A stretch of 55,292 nt of DNA from Thermodesulfobacteriota bacterium (GTDB lineage: Bacteria; Desulfobacterota; Desulfobulbia; Desulfobulbales; SURF-16). Both the position numbers and the translations under genes were made by a program. Each line of letters begins with the position of its first letter. The stretch's first letter is position 1. This document shows, piece by piece, positions 47,358-55,292 of the stretch. The notes below the pieces were generated by a model. It was not told the origin of the DNA, did no database searches, and was given only the letters and a program-made list of their open reading frames with translations. The stretch is taken from contig JBFMAY010000026.1 in the NCBI GenBank assembly GCA_040755455.1, positions 1 to 55,292 of the forward strand, read 5' to 3'.

Positions 47358-48917
47358 ATGATTGTCAACTTTGCAGAGGGACTGGACCATTGCCGGCAGA
47401 TGCTCCTCAGGCCCCCGGCCGGGTTGCATGGGCCGGACGAGATGCTCTTCAACAACCTGAGCGCCCTCATGCAGGATTTTGATCTCGCCAGGTCCGGCGG
47501 CCTCTTCCATCCCCTTCCGGAAGAGGCGCCCAAGGAGGCACAGGATGCCTCCCGGCTCCGCACGATCCGCAGCCGGCTGACCGGCCTTGGCTATTTGCGC
47601 CATGATTCCCGACTGACCATCCTTGACCCCTTCCTTATTGATGCCATCAAAAAATTTCAACAGGACGCCGGACTGACCACAGACGGCTGGGTGGGCCGGC
47701 AGACATGGCATGCCCTGCAGGAGCTGGTCAGCTTTGAAAGGCAAGGCGATATCGGCCGCTGGTTTACCGGCAATAACCCATGTCCCGCCCTGGAACGGGC
47801 CATCGCCTTGCGTCTGCATGTGCTTGGCTTGGCCGATACCCTGGCTTGCAACGAGCCGGCCAAACTGGCCGCGGGTCTGCAGCACTTTCAGCGCGTCGCC
47901 GCCTTCCTGCATCTGCCTGGAAAAATGAAGATCCGGCCTGAGGTCTGCCCGGCAACCATTGCCCTGCTCTTTAACCAGAACCTACTGGTCGAAGGATTGG
48001 CCGCCTGGCAATCCCCGCTGCCCAATGATCTTGATCATCCTCTTTTTTCGTTTGCCCTTTGCGTAGCCAAGGTGGAACTGTGGCTGGCCGGTTACGATGT
48101 CACACCGGCTGGCTATGAGGGAAATGAATTCTTCCGACCGACCCCGCAAATCCTGCTGTTGCGCAATGATGCCAGGCTGTGTACCGCCCTGGCCGCTTAC
48201 TGGCAGGACCATGGCAAAAAAGAGGAAAGCCCGCTGCTGGCCCAGCGTTTTGCCTGCGAATTCCCGGCATTTTTCCGCATGATTTCCGCCGCCATCCTGG
48301 CCGAGAAAAGCCTTGCTGCCACAGAAAAATCCGCCATGATCTCTCATATGGTGGCCGCCCAGCCTGAACAGCTGGAGGCCATCTGGCGGACAACACTGGC
48401 GCTGGGCGGCCAGATGTGGGACGGTACGGGCCGGGTGTTCGGCTGGCTCCACAACCTGACGCAGCAGCCGGGGGGCAAGGCGGTGGTGATCGGCAGAAAC
48501 ATTGCGAGACTCGTTTATCATCAGGCCATGACGGCATATGACATCGCCCGCCAGGCCCTGCGGGACTTTCCCCGCCAGCTCAACGGGGTTTACCAGCGGC
48601 AGTGGCAAGGATCAGACCCCGGCCATATCATGATGCAACAGGACAGGGATCTTGATTTCAAGGTGTACATCAATAGCCAGGGCGACCTGGAAAAGATCGC
48701 CCAATTCATCGACGGGGTTGAGCAGACATCGGCGTCCTTTATCACCACCTGCCGGATTATCGCGGCTTTTCTCTCCACATTGCGTTCAGTTATCCGGCAG
48801 GGAAGAACAGGCTGGGCAGGTCTTATTCTGACCCTGCTGCAGGTCTCCAGCAGGATCAATGCGCTCGAGAGTCACCTGACGGTTCCGCCAGACTCTGCCG
48901 CAGAAAGCGGCGATTGA
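47358..48917 (+). CDS. Peptidoglycan-binding domain protein
   Basis: RLTGLGYL..AIKKFQQDAGLTTDGWVGRQTWHAL (PG_binding_1 pattern); remainder unknown. Confidence 0.75.
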   Translation: MIVNFAEGLDHCRQMLLRPPAGLHGPDEMLFNNLSALMQDFDLARSGGLFHPLPEEAPKEAQDASRLRTIRSRLTGLGYLRHDSRLTILDPFLIDAIKKFQQDAGLTTDGWVGRQTWHALQELVSFERQGDIGRWFTGNNPCPALERAIALRLHVLGLADTLACNEPAKLAAGLQHFQRVAAFLHLPGKMKIRPEVCPATIALLFNQNLLVEGLAAWQSPLPNDLDHPLFSFALCVAKVELWLAGYDVTPAGYEGNEFFRPTPQILLLRNDARLCTALAAYWQDHGKKEESPLLAQRFACEFPAFFRMISAAILAEKSLAATEKSAMISHMVAAQPEQLEAIWRTTLALGGQMWDGTGRVFGWLHNLTQQPGGKAVVIGRNIARLVYHQAMTAYDIARQALRDFPRQLNGVYQRQWQGSDPGHIMMQQDRDLDFKVYINSQGDLEKIAQFIDGVEQTSASFITTCRIIAAFLSTLRSVIRQGRTGWAGLILTLLQVSSRINALESHLTVPPDSAAESGD

Positions 48918-49207
48918 TTGCGTGGCAATGGGACTGCCCAGACTGGCTATCGACTGCCCCGTCCCATTTCCTCACCATGCGCACAAAACGGTAATAACTA
49001 CTACTTTTCACAGCGAAAAAAAATACTTGACAACTTGAAAAATACGCTATTGACTTTTTGAAAAGTTCCCATTATTCATCGAAATGATCTTAAAAGATGT
49101 CATGATTGGTCATTATTCCCACCCACTTTCAGCCAGGATGCTGAAAAGCGATTTCTTATCATCTCACCTGGTCGGCTGCAAACACCAAGGTGAAAAGGAG
49201 GATGAAG

Positions 49208-49624
49208 ATGAAAGTGCTGGTTGCGCATGACGGTTCGGAGCTGGCTGACAAGGCCTTGAACAGGGCTGCGAAGATAGCGGCAGCTGAAAAAGGAAGGTTA
49301 ACCGTCCTTACGGTATTGCCGGATCTCTGCACGATGGAAATTGGCGATGACGACTGCAGGAAACTCATCGGAATTATGGCCAGCGAACCGGAAAAACGGT
49401 TCGAAGACCTCAAGGAGGAGCTCGCCGGCAAGAGTATCCCCATGGAAATCGAGATCAAATCCGGGAAAGCCGCCGAGACAATCCTCGCGGTAAGCAAGGA
49501 AAAGAATATTGATATGATTGTCCTGGGTTCCCATGGCCGGCATGGCGCAAAAAAATTTTTCCTGGGCAGCGTCTCGGTAGAAGTAGTCAAACATGCGTCG
49601 TGTGAAGTGCTGGTTGTGAAATAA
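49208..49624 (+). CDS. Universal stress protein
   Basis: VLVAHDGS, DMIVLGSHGRHG..LGSVS..CEVLVVK. Confidence 0.93.
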   Translation: MKVLVAHDGSELADKALNRAAKIAAAEKGRLTVLTVLPDLCTMEIGDDDCRKLIGIMASEPEKRFEDLKEELAGKSIPMEIEIKSGKAAETILAVSKEKNIDMIVLGSHGRHGAKKFFLGSVSVEVVKHASCEVLVVK

Positions 49625-49666
49625 GCGGGTTATCGGCAGCGTACCATCAATAATGGAGGCAAGATA

Positions 49667-51262
49667 ATGAATGAAGCAAAAAGGTCACCGGCGGCGATAA
49701 TCGTGGGGCTTATCCTGCTCGCCTATGGGCTCGTGCTTAAAAGCCAGGATGCCGCGGTCAGCCCTGGATTCCTCATGAACGCGGCAAATTATCTCGGGAC
49801 CGCCAAAGAGGTCTCAACCCAGTATAACGTCTCGATCTGGGCTGGCGCCATCATTAGTTTTTTCGGCCTGTGGAACCTGGCTATACCTGCCATGAAATCA
49901 AAATTCGACAACCTGCTCCGTGCCCCCATGGCCGGCGTAGGGGTTATTATCATCCTGGCCGTGGTCACGAGATACTATCTCGAGCCCTTGTTCAAGATCT
50001 GGGGCAAGAAGGCGGAGCCATCCCTTGGTTTTGATTTTGCCGCCATGTTTGGACTCAACTATATCCTCCTCGGCATTCTGCTGGGTATTGTCTGGGTCAA
50101 TACCATCGGCGTCCCGCGCTGGATGCAGGCGGGTGTGAAGACCGCGCGGCTCGCGATGAAAATGGGGGTAATATCTCTTGGTGCGATGTACAGCCTGACG
50201 GAATTAAAGTACATGGGGTCCCTGAGCATCACCATGGTTGCGGTTTTCGTTCTGGGGACCGTGCTCTTTGTACTCTGGCTTGGCAAAGTGATGAGAACCC
50301 CGCGGCCTTTAACTGGCGTACTTTCGGCAGGGCTGGGGGTGTGCGGGGTGTCCGCGGCGGTTGCTGCGGCCCCGGTGGTAAAGGCACGCGGCATCGATAT
50401 GGCGTACTCAATCGGCATGCTTCTCCTGGTCGGCGTTGTCGGCCTGTTCACCTTCCCGACCATCGGCAAGATGGCTGGCCTTAACGAGCTGCAATTCGGG
50501 GCATGGGCAGGTACCGGCATATTAAATTCCGCCCAGGTCGCGGCAGCAGCCCTCATCTTCGACTCCAAGAGCATAGAAACGCTCAAGGTCGCTGAAATAT
50601 TCAACATCACCCGCATCCTTTTCCTGCCCATCATCGTTATCGTCCTCGCGATCTGGTTCGCGAAAGGCGAAGAGGAAACAGAAGGGGGAGGCAAGATCAA
50701 TATCGGCCAAGTTCTGGTGGAAAAATTCCCGATCTTTGTGCTGGGCTTTATCCTCATGTTCGCCTTCAGTTCCACCGGTGTGTTTACCCCCAAGGGTTAT
50801 GAACTGCACGGCAAACATTTCTATAACTTCAAGGCTGAAGAGAAAAAGGAGGTCCGGACCAGGGACCTCAAGAAGATCCAGGCCCTTATTGACTCAGGGC
50901 AGGTGACCTCCCCGGAGGTCGCGGCAGCACTGGTCAAACTGATTAACGACCGGCAGATCACCAGCACCGCCCAGACCGATCTTGTCCTGAAGGCATCGGA
51001 CTTTACCGAAGATAAACAGCTGAAGGGTGTTTTCAAGGACGCTGACAAGAAGGTGCAGGCCACTCCTGAAACGATCAAGATGATGCGCGAATACATGATG
51101 TGGTTTTTTGCCTTCGGATTGATCGGGCTTGGTATGCAGATCACCTGGGAGACGATCCGCCAGGCCGGCGGCAAGGCCGCGATTATCGGGGTCATCACTG
51201 GATTCACCAAGGCCGCCCTTTCCTTTGTGGTCTGCTATTTACTGATCAGGGGATCAATTTAA
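49667..51262 (+). CDS. YeiH / putative sulfate exporter (PSE) family membrane protein
   Basis: KMGVISLGA, GVCGVSAAVAA, FGAWAGTGI, FNITR, FPIFVLGF, GLGMQ. Confidence 0.85.
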   Translation: MNEAKRSPAAIIVGLILLAYGLVLKSQDAAVSPGFLMNAANYLGTAKEVSTQYNVSIWAGAIISFFGLWNLAIPAMKSKFDNLLRAPMAGVGVIIILAVVTRYYLEPLFKIWGKKAEPSLGFDFAAMFGLNYILLGILLGIVWVNTIGVPRWMQAGVKTARLAMKMGVISLGAMYSLTELKYMGSLSITMVAVFVLGTVLFVLWLGKVMRTPRPLTGVLSAGLGVCGVSAAVAAAPVVKARGIDMAYSIGMLLLVGVVGLFTFPTIGKMAGLNELQFGAWAGTGILNSAQVAAAALIFDSKSIETLKVAEIFNITRILFLPIIVIVLAIWFAKGEEETEGGGKINIGQVLVEKFPIFVLGFILMFAFSSTGVFTPKGYELHGKHFYNFKAEEKKEVRTRDLKKIQALIDSGQVTSPEVAAALVKLINDRQITSTAQTDLVLKASDFTEDKQLKGVFKDADKKVQATPETIKMMREYMMWFFAFGLIGLGMQITWETIRQAGGKAAIIGVITGFTKAALSFVVCYLLIRGSI

Positions 51263-51314
51263 GAGAGAAAAAACGGGATATTCATTGTGCAAAATACATA
51301 AGAGGTGATGCGTC

Positions 51315-51461
51315 ATGGCTCAAGACAAAGCAAGCAGTAGTGAGCAGAAAAAGATGGAAGAACGCGCGTTGAGCGTTTTTGCCTCGGAAAGAAGGGAAGA
51401 CCTGACGGCGCTGATCATTGCCTTTGCCCTGGCACTCCTGGTTATTATTACCCTGAAATGA
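51315..51461 (+). CDS. Small single-TM protein (48 aa, not in ORF track)
   Basis: MAQDKASSSEQKKMEERALSVFASERREDLTALIIAFALALLVIITLK*; GAGGTG RBS; fills the operon gap. Confidence 0.7.
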   Translation: MAQDKASSSEQKKMEERALSVFASERREDLTALIIAFALALLVIITLK

Positions 51462-51470
51462 GGTAACGCC

Positions 51471-52025
51471 GTGTTTCGGAGAATACTTGTTGCCACCCAT
51501 GGGACGGCAGGCGCCAGACTTGCCGAAGAGTATGGGGTCAAACTGGCCAGGGCATTGGACGCGGAACTTCATGCCCTGTATGTCATCCATAAGGGCTGGG
51601 GGTCGATTGCCGGCATTGAATGGCTGCATGCCTCGCACGTGCGGATGGAATTTTATCACTATGCGGAGGCACAGTTCCGTCGGCGAGCACAGGAGGTGCT
51701 GGACGCCTTTATTGCCAGGGCGCATGCTCTTTCCACCATGACCTATGTCACGGTGGGAGAACCCGGTGAATCCATGGCGGAAACGGCAACGGCGATTCAA
51801 GCCGACCTTCTCATCATCGGCCCGACGGCCAGGGTGAGATCAGAAGAATACCAAGCGCGGGTTTCTCTCAAGAAACTCCTCAAACACGCGCCATGTCCTG
51901 TCCTGATAGCAAATCACCCCTCACAAATTATTACCACGGGAAAGGAGGTGATGCTGCAGCCAAACAGCCAAATCATGAAGGACACAGATAACCCTGAAGC
52001 ATTATCCCTGTCGCATGTGGAATGA
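51471..52025 (+). CDS. Universal stress protein-like
   Basis: RRILVATHGT, ADLLIIGP, APCPVLIA; GAGGT RBS, GTG start. Confidence 0.82.
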   Translation: MFRRILVATHGTAGARLAEEYGVKLARALDAELHALYVIHKGWGSIAGIEWLHASHVRMEFYHYAEAQFRRRAQEVLDAFIARAHALSTMTYVTVGEPGESMAETATAIQADLLIIGPTARVRSEEYQARVSLKKLLKHAPCPVLIANHPSQIITTGKEVMLQPNSQIMKDTDNPEALSLSHVE

Positions 52026-52050
52026 AAATAACCAAAAGGAGGAGAAGATA

Positions 52051-52542
52051 ATGGTAAAAAATATCCTAACCCTGCTGCTTGTTGCCTGCTTGCTGGCCGG
52101 ATTCAATTCCCTGGCCTCTGCATATTCCGATGGCGTGGTCAAGGAATGTGAAAAGCTGAAGGCGGATGCCAAAGAGAAGAAGGATATGCCCGTCTCGCTG
52201 CCAGGCATCAAGGAAATAACCGGCGATGAAATCATGAAGATGATAGATGAGAAAAAAGACCTGGTGATCATGGATAACCGCCTGAAAGCGGATTACGACA
52301 AGGAACATATCAAGGATGCGGTGCTGCTGACCGTTGATGATCTCATCACAGACCCCAAACTTGCTGAAAAATACAGCAAGGATTCAATCCTCGTCAATTA
52401 CTGCAATGGCGTGAAGTGCTGGCGTTCTCCCGCTGCCATTCTGCTGCTCCAGGAACTCGGTTTCAAAAACCTCTACTGGTATCGCAACGGGCTTCCCGAC
52501 TGGATCAAGAAAGACTATCCCACCGTGGAAGGCGGCAAATAA
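52051..52542 (+). CDS. Exported rhodanese-domain protein
   Basis: Signal peptide; DNR..HIKDA, YCNGVKCWRS active loop, YRNGLPDW; AGGAGG RBS. Confidence 0.9.
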   Translation: MVKNILTLLLVACLLAGFNSLASAYSDGVVKECEKLKADAKEKKDMPVSLPGIKEITGDEIMKMIDEKKDLVIMDNRLKADYDKEHIKDAVLLTVDDLITDPKLAEKYSKDSILVNYCNGVKCWRSPAAILLLQELGFKNLYWYRNGLPDWIKKDYPTVEGGK

Positions 52543-52660
52543 TTTACGTCCCGGATCAATTTTTTCAGTTTTGTCTGGCTGCAGGTCGCGGCTGTTGCCC
52601 TGCAGCCTTTTCTCCTTGCACCCCCCACTCATCCCAACCCGGCTCCTCATTTCACACGGT

Positions 52661-53239
52661 ATGCAGACCATTTCAGAAACTCTCCACCTTGAGGTAAGCA
52701 AAGATGCGGCCTGTACGGTGTTGTCGAATATCGAACTGCTCTTCAGGCTTTCGCCGCACTGGTCCCTCAAGGAACTGAAGACCTGCGAAGGGGATAAACG
52801 ATCTGAGGTAACCCTCGAATATTACGGTAGGGACGTTGCGGAGAAAATGTCTATCGAGGGACCGAGGTCAACGCCGGACGGGACGATTTCGTTCATGGTG
52901 GCGATGAGCAAGGTGCGCGAGATTCATTTTCATCTGGAAAAGGCCGGCAACAGGGGGATAGCACTCACCCAGCAGTTGGTGATCGCGGAAGAAAATGAGG
53001 GGGTTGCCTGGGGGACAAGGGCTGAACTCATCTTCTGGCTGCGGAGCATCGGCGCCTATCTTTTGCTTGCCGATGGCAGGACGCTGTACCGGCGATTGTT
53101 CCGCAAATTCATGGACAAAGTATGGCTCAGGCTGACCCTGCCTGAGAGAAACATGGCTATTATCATGGTAAAAATTTCCATCGTGGAATTTGCCCTGCTG
53201 CTTATCACGGTGCTTTTCTGGAACACATTCATAAACTGA
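52661..53239 (+). CDS. Hypothetical protein with C-terminal TM helix (SRPBCC-like N-domain possible)
   Basis: Operon position; LFRLSPHW; hydrophobic C-terminus; start uncertain. Confidence 0.65.
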   Translation: MQTISETLHLEVSKDAACTVLSNIELLFRLSPHWSLKELKTCEGDKRSEVTLEYYGRDVAEKMSIEGPRSTPDGTISFMVAMSKVREIHFHLEKAGNRGIALTQQLVIAEENEGVAWGTRAELIFWLRSIGAYLLLADGRTLYRRLFRKFMDKVWLRLTLPERNMAIIMVKISIVEFALLLITVLFWNTFIN

Positions 53240-53263
53240 TCAAACCGGGATGGTGCAAATTCC

Positions 53264-53437
53264 ATGAACAAGAACAGACGAATATTCTTTGAGATCCTCC
53301 TGTTACTGCTTATCGCCCTGGTCCTGTCACTCCTCTATAATGCTGTTTCCTCCACCGGGTTACGGATTTTGCCACGCAGCACCCCGGAAAAGGCGCTGTC
53401 CAGCCACTCCACCAGCATCACGCAGGGGGAAGCGTGA
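53264..53437 (+). CDS. Small membrane-anchored protein (57 aa, not in ORF track)
   Basis: MNKNRRIFFEILLLLLIALVLSLLYNAVSSTGLRILPRSTPEKALSSHSTSITQGEA*; TGATG overlap with next gene. Confidence 0.65.
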   Translation: MNKNRRIFFEILLLLLIALVLSLLYNAVSSTGLRILPRSTPEKALSSHSTSITQGEA

Positions 53438-53907
53438 TGCATGCCAAGCTCTCGTTTGCCTTCAGGATAGCGCTTGGCGGTATTTTCCTCACCGCAGGGC
53501 TTGCCAAGATCTCCGATCCTGTCCAGTTTCTTCAGACCCTGCGGGAATTCGACTTTTTCCCCGAGTTCTGTATACGGTTCATCGCGGTGTACATCCCGTG
53601 GCTGGAATTCGTGCTGGGGTTCTTCATGCTGCTTGGCCTGCTTTACCGCACCAGCGCATTGCTGCTTACCGCAATCAATATTCTCTTTATCCTGGCAATC
53701 CTCTCGGTACTTATCCGCGGTATGGAAATCGACTGCGGCTGTTTCGGACTCATGGCTGATGTCCTGAAGCTGCCCGATTCCGCCGACATGAAAGCGGTGA
53801 TCAGAAACACCATCTTTGTTCTCATGGGGCTCCACCTCTGCCGATCGGAAGCCACGATTTTTTCCCTGGAGGAGTATCTGCGCAAAAGCGCTGGAAAATC
53901 AGAGTAA
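53437..53907 (+). CDS. MauE/DoxX-family redox membrane protein
   Basis: RIALGGIFLTAGLAKI, PWLE, RGMEIDCGCFG, RN. Confidence 0.88.
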   Translation: MHAKLSFAFRIALGGIFLTAGLAKISDPVQFLQTLREFDFFPEFCIRFIAVYIPWLEFVLGFFMLLGLLYRTSALLLTAINILFILAILSVLIRGMEIDCGCFGLMADVLKLPDSADMKAVIRNTIFVLMGLHLCRSEATIFSLEEYLRKSAGKSE

Positions 53908-53942
53908 TGCAGCATATTACCCGCGGCCATTAATCGCTCAAC

Positions 53943-54332
53943 TCAGGCGTTTAAAATATCTCTCACTATTTCCGCCACCTGTGGGTCCGGGTCGTTAATT
54001 AATTTGTAAAGGTGTTTCTTTGCCTCTCCAGTACCAATTATTCCCAGGAGAGTTGCCGCATCCCCTCTCATATAAGGTGTTTTTTCATCGAGAACGGGTA
54101 TGAGCGAGGGAATTGCCAATGAGACATCGCTTTTGCGTATTTCAGCAAGCTGCTCAAAGAGAACGGCCATGCCCATGCGGACCATGAATCGTTCATCCCT
54201 GATAAGATCGCCCGTGTATTGATAATATTCTTTCTCTTGCTTGAACATCGCAACGATATTTTCTATGTGGCCCATTTCGATAAAATCGGCTATTATTTTA
54301 ATGAGTTCTTTCGCATGAGCGGTATCGTTCAT
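53943..54332 (-). CDS. HEAT-repeat protein
   Basis: DERFMVRMG, YMRGDAATLLG, DPDPQVAE. Confidence 0.8.
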   Translation of the reverse strand: MNDTAHAKELIKIIADFIEMGHIENIVAMFKQEKEYYQYTGDLIRDERFMVRMGMAVLFEQLAEIRKSDVSLAIPSLIPVLDEKTPYMRGDAATLLGIIGTGEAKKHLYKLINDPDPQVAEIVRDILNA

Positions 54333-54595
54333 TCGTTACATCCAGCATGAATAATTTTTTTTTCAAGGAAAATCTGCAGGTTCAGGGACGCGCAGAGCGA
54401 GAAAAAAACCAAAACAGACGAAAACATTTAAGGCAAACGGAAAATCATGCGCCCCGAAGTGACGATGGGGCAGTGTTATGAAATTCTACGCTGCAGCTTA
54501 TTTACTTACTGATTTTTTTAATCAATTTAGTTTCCAAGTTCAATGGGGTTCTGATTTTATCTTGCTGAACATACTTTTTTTCTTCGAGGTAGAGC

Positions 54596-55027
54596 ATGTA
54601 TTCACGAATTTACGTTTTACAATTTCCTAAAGAGACGAGCGATAAACCTATTATTTGCAAGCTGGTTCAGAAATATGGAGTCGAGTTTAACATTCTCAAG
54701 GCAACTATCCTGCCTCAGCATGAGGGGTTAATGGTTCTTGAACTGCTTGGGCATAAACAGCACGTCCGCGAGGCATTAGATTACTTGAAAGGTTTTGGAG
54801 TGAAAATCGAATCATTATCGACGATTATTAGAAGAGATGATGATAAATGTTTTCAATGCGGGGCTTGTACAGGAATTTGCCCGACCCAAGCCCTTTTCAT
54901 TAGCCGCCCTGATATGGCTGTACTGTTTGATCCTGATAAGTGTACCGGTTGCGGCTTGTGTGTTACCGCCTGTCCGGTTCGTGCCATGGAAGTTTCACTG
55001 CTGCAGACGGTTAATTCATTATCTTAA
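54596..55027 (+). CDS. NIL-domain / 2x[4Fe-4S] ferredoxin protein
   Basis: KPIICKLV..FNILKA (NIL); CFQCGACTGICP and CTGCGLCVTACP. Confidence 0.9.
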   Translation: MYSRIYVLQFPKETSDKPIICKLVQKYGVEFNILKATILPQHEGLMVLELLGHKQHVREALDYLKGFGVKIESLSTIIRRDDDKCFQCGACTGICPTQALFISRPDMAVLFDPDKCTGCGLCVTACPVRAMEVSLLQTVNSLS

Positions 55028-55292
55028 GCTTGTTAAAATCACAGGGATCCCATCAAATATCAAGCGCGGCCCCATTGCCGTGCAGCCACGCCTTCCGCTC
55101 ATAATGATTCTGACTGGAGAGAACCGCCTCCTTACCAAACCCATACTCCGCCATCAGATTGTCCATGACCCTGCTATGAAATAGTGGACATCCATGATAA
55201 GTAGAGTCAAGAGGAAAACGGAGATTTCCCTCCGCCTTCCGGAGTTATTCCTTGGGGCTTTTTTATATTTTTCCTTGCCGTTCAAACTTTTT

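Noticed and set aside
53935..53951. CGCTCAACTCAGGCGTT resembling an attC right arm
   Set aside because: No matching left arm; explained by the last codons and stop of the HEAT-repeat gene on the minus strand
55028..55292. Short ORFs at the right edge
   Set aside because: No motifs or convincing RBS; probably intergenic
1..55292. CRISPR array, rRNA, intact IS/transposase, integrase, prophage genes, selenoprotein readthrough
   Set aside because: No regularly spaced repeats or corresponding motifs seen by eye; short or degenerate cases could be missed

Overview
55-kb chromosomal window, most likely from a sulfur-cycling Desulfobacterota (Desulfobulbales-like; inferred from dsrO/dsrP, rubredoxin and multiheme cytochromes). 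Backbone: end of dsrOP, a Fur-box-preceded wHTH/desulforedoxin-like/rubredoxin cluster, a cysteine synthase-CysRS fusion, ClC-CBS, umuDC, tRNA-Arg(UCU), rluA, dus, an L,D-transpeptidase-family gene, csp-DEAD helicase, two hexaheme c7-type cytochromes, MsrBA, MscS, vWA-OmpA, an ArsR/SmtB-permease pair and a sigma54-driven 12-heme OTR-like cytochrome. Three loci stand out. (1) 39.4-48.9 kb: an unassignable glycyl-radical enzyme translationally coupled to an SCP2 lipid-binding protein and its activase, preceded by an internally duplicated 823-aa protein and followed by Zn-hydrolase-like and peptidoglycan-binding genes; candidate new radical chemistry on a lipid or other hydrophobic substrate. (2) 10.8-16.7 kb: a foreign islet after tRNA-Arg with a 1636-aa nuclease-NACHT-helical-repeat (NLR/Avs-like) gene, a GTTRRRY left boundary, an attC-like site carrying a group IIC intron 5' remnant, and a degenerate copy of the tRNA 3' end. 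(3) 49.2-53.9 kb: a USP-YeiH-USP-exported rhodanese-MauE/DoxX sulfur-handling cluster with two unannotated small membrane proteins. All calls come from reading motifs by eye; no database searches were run.
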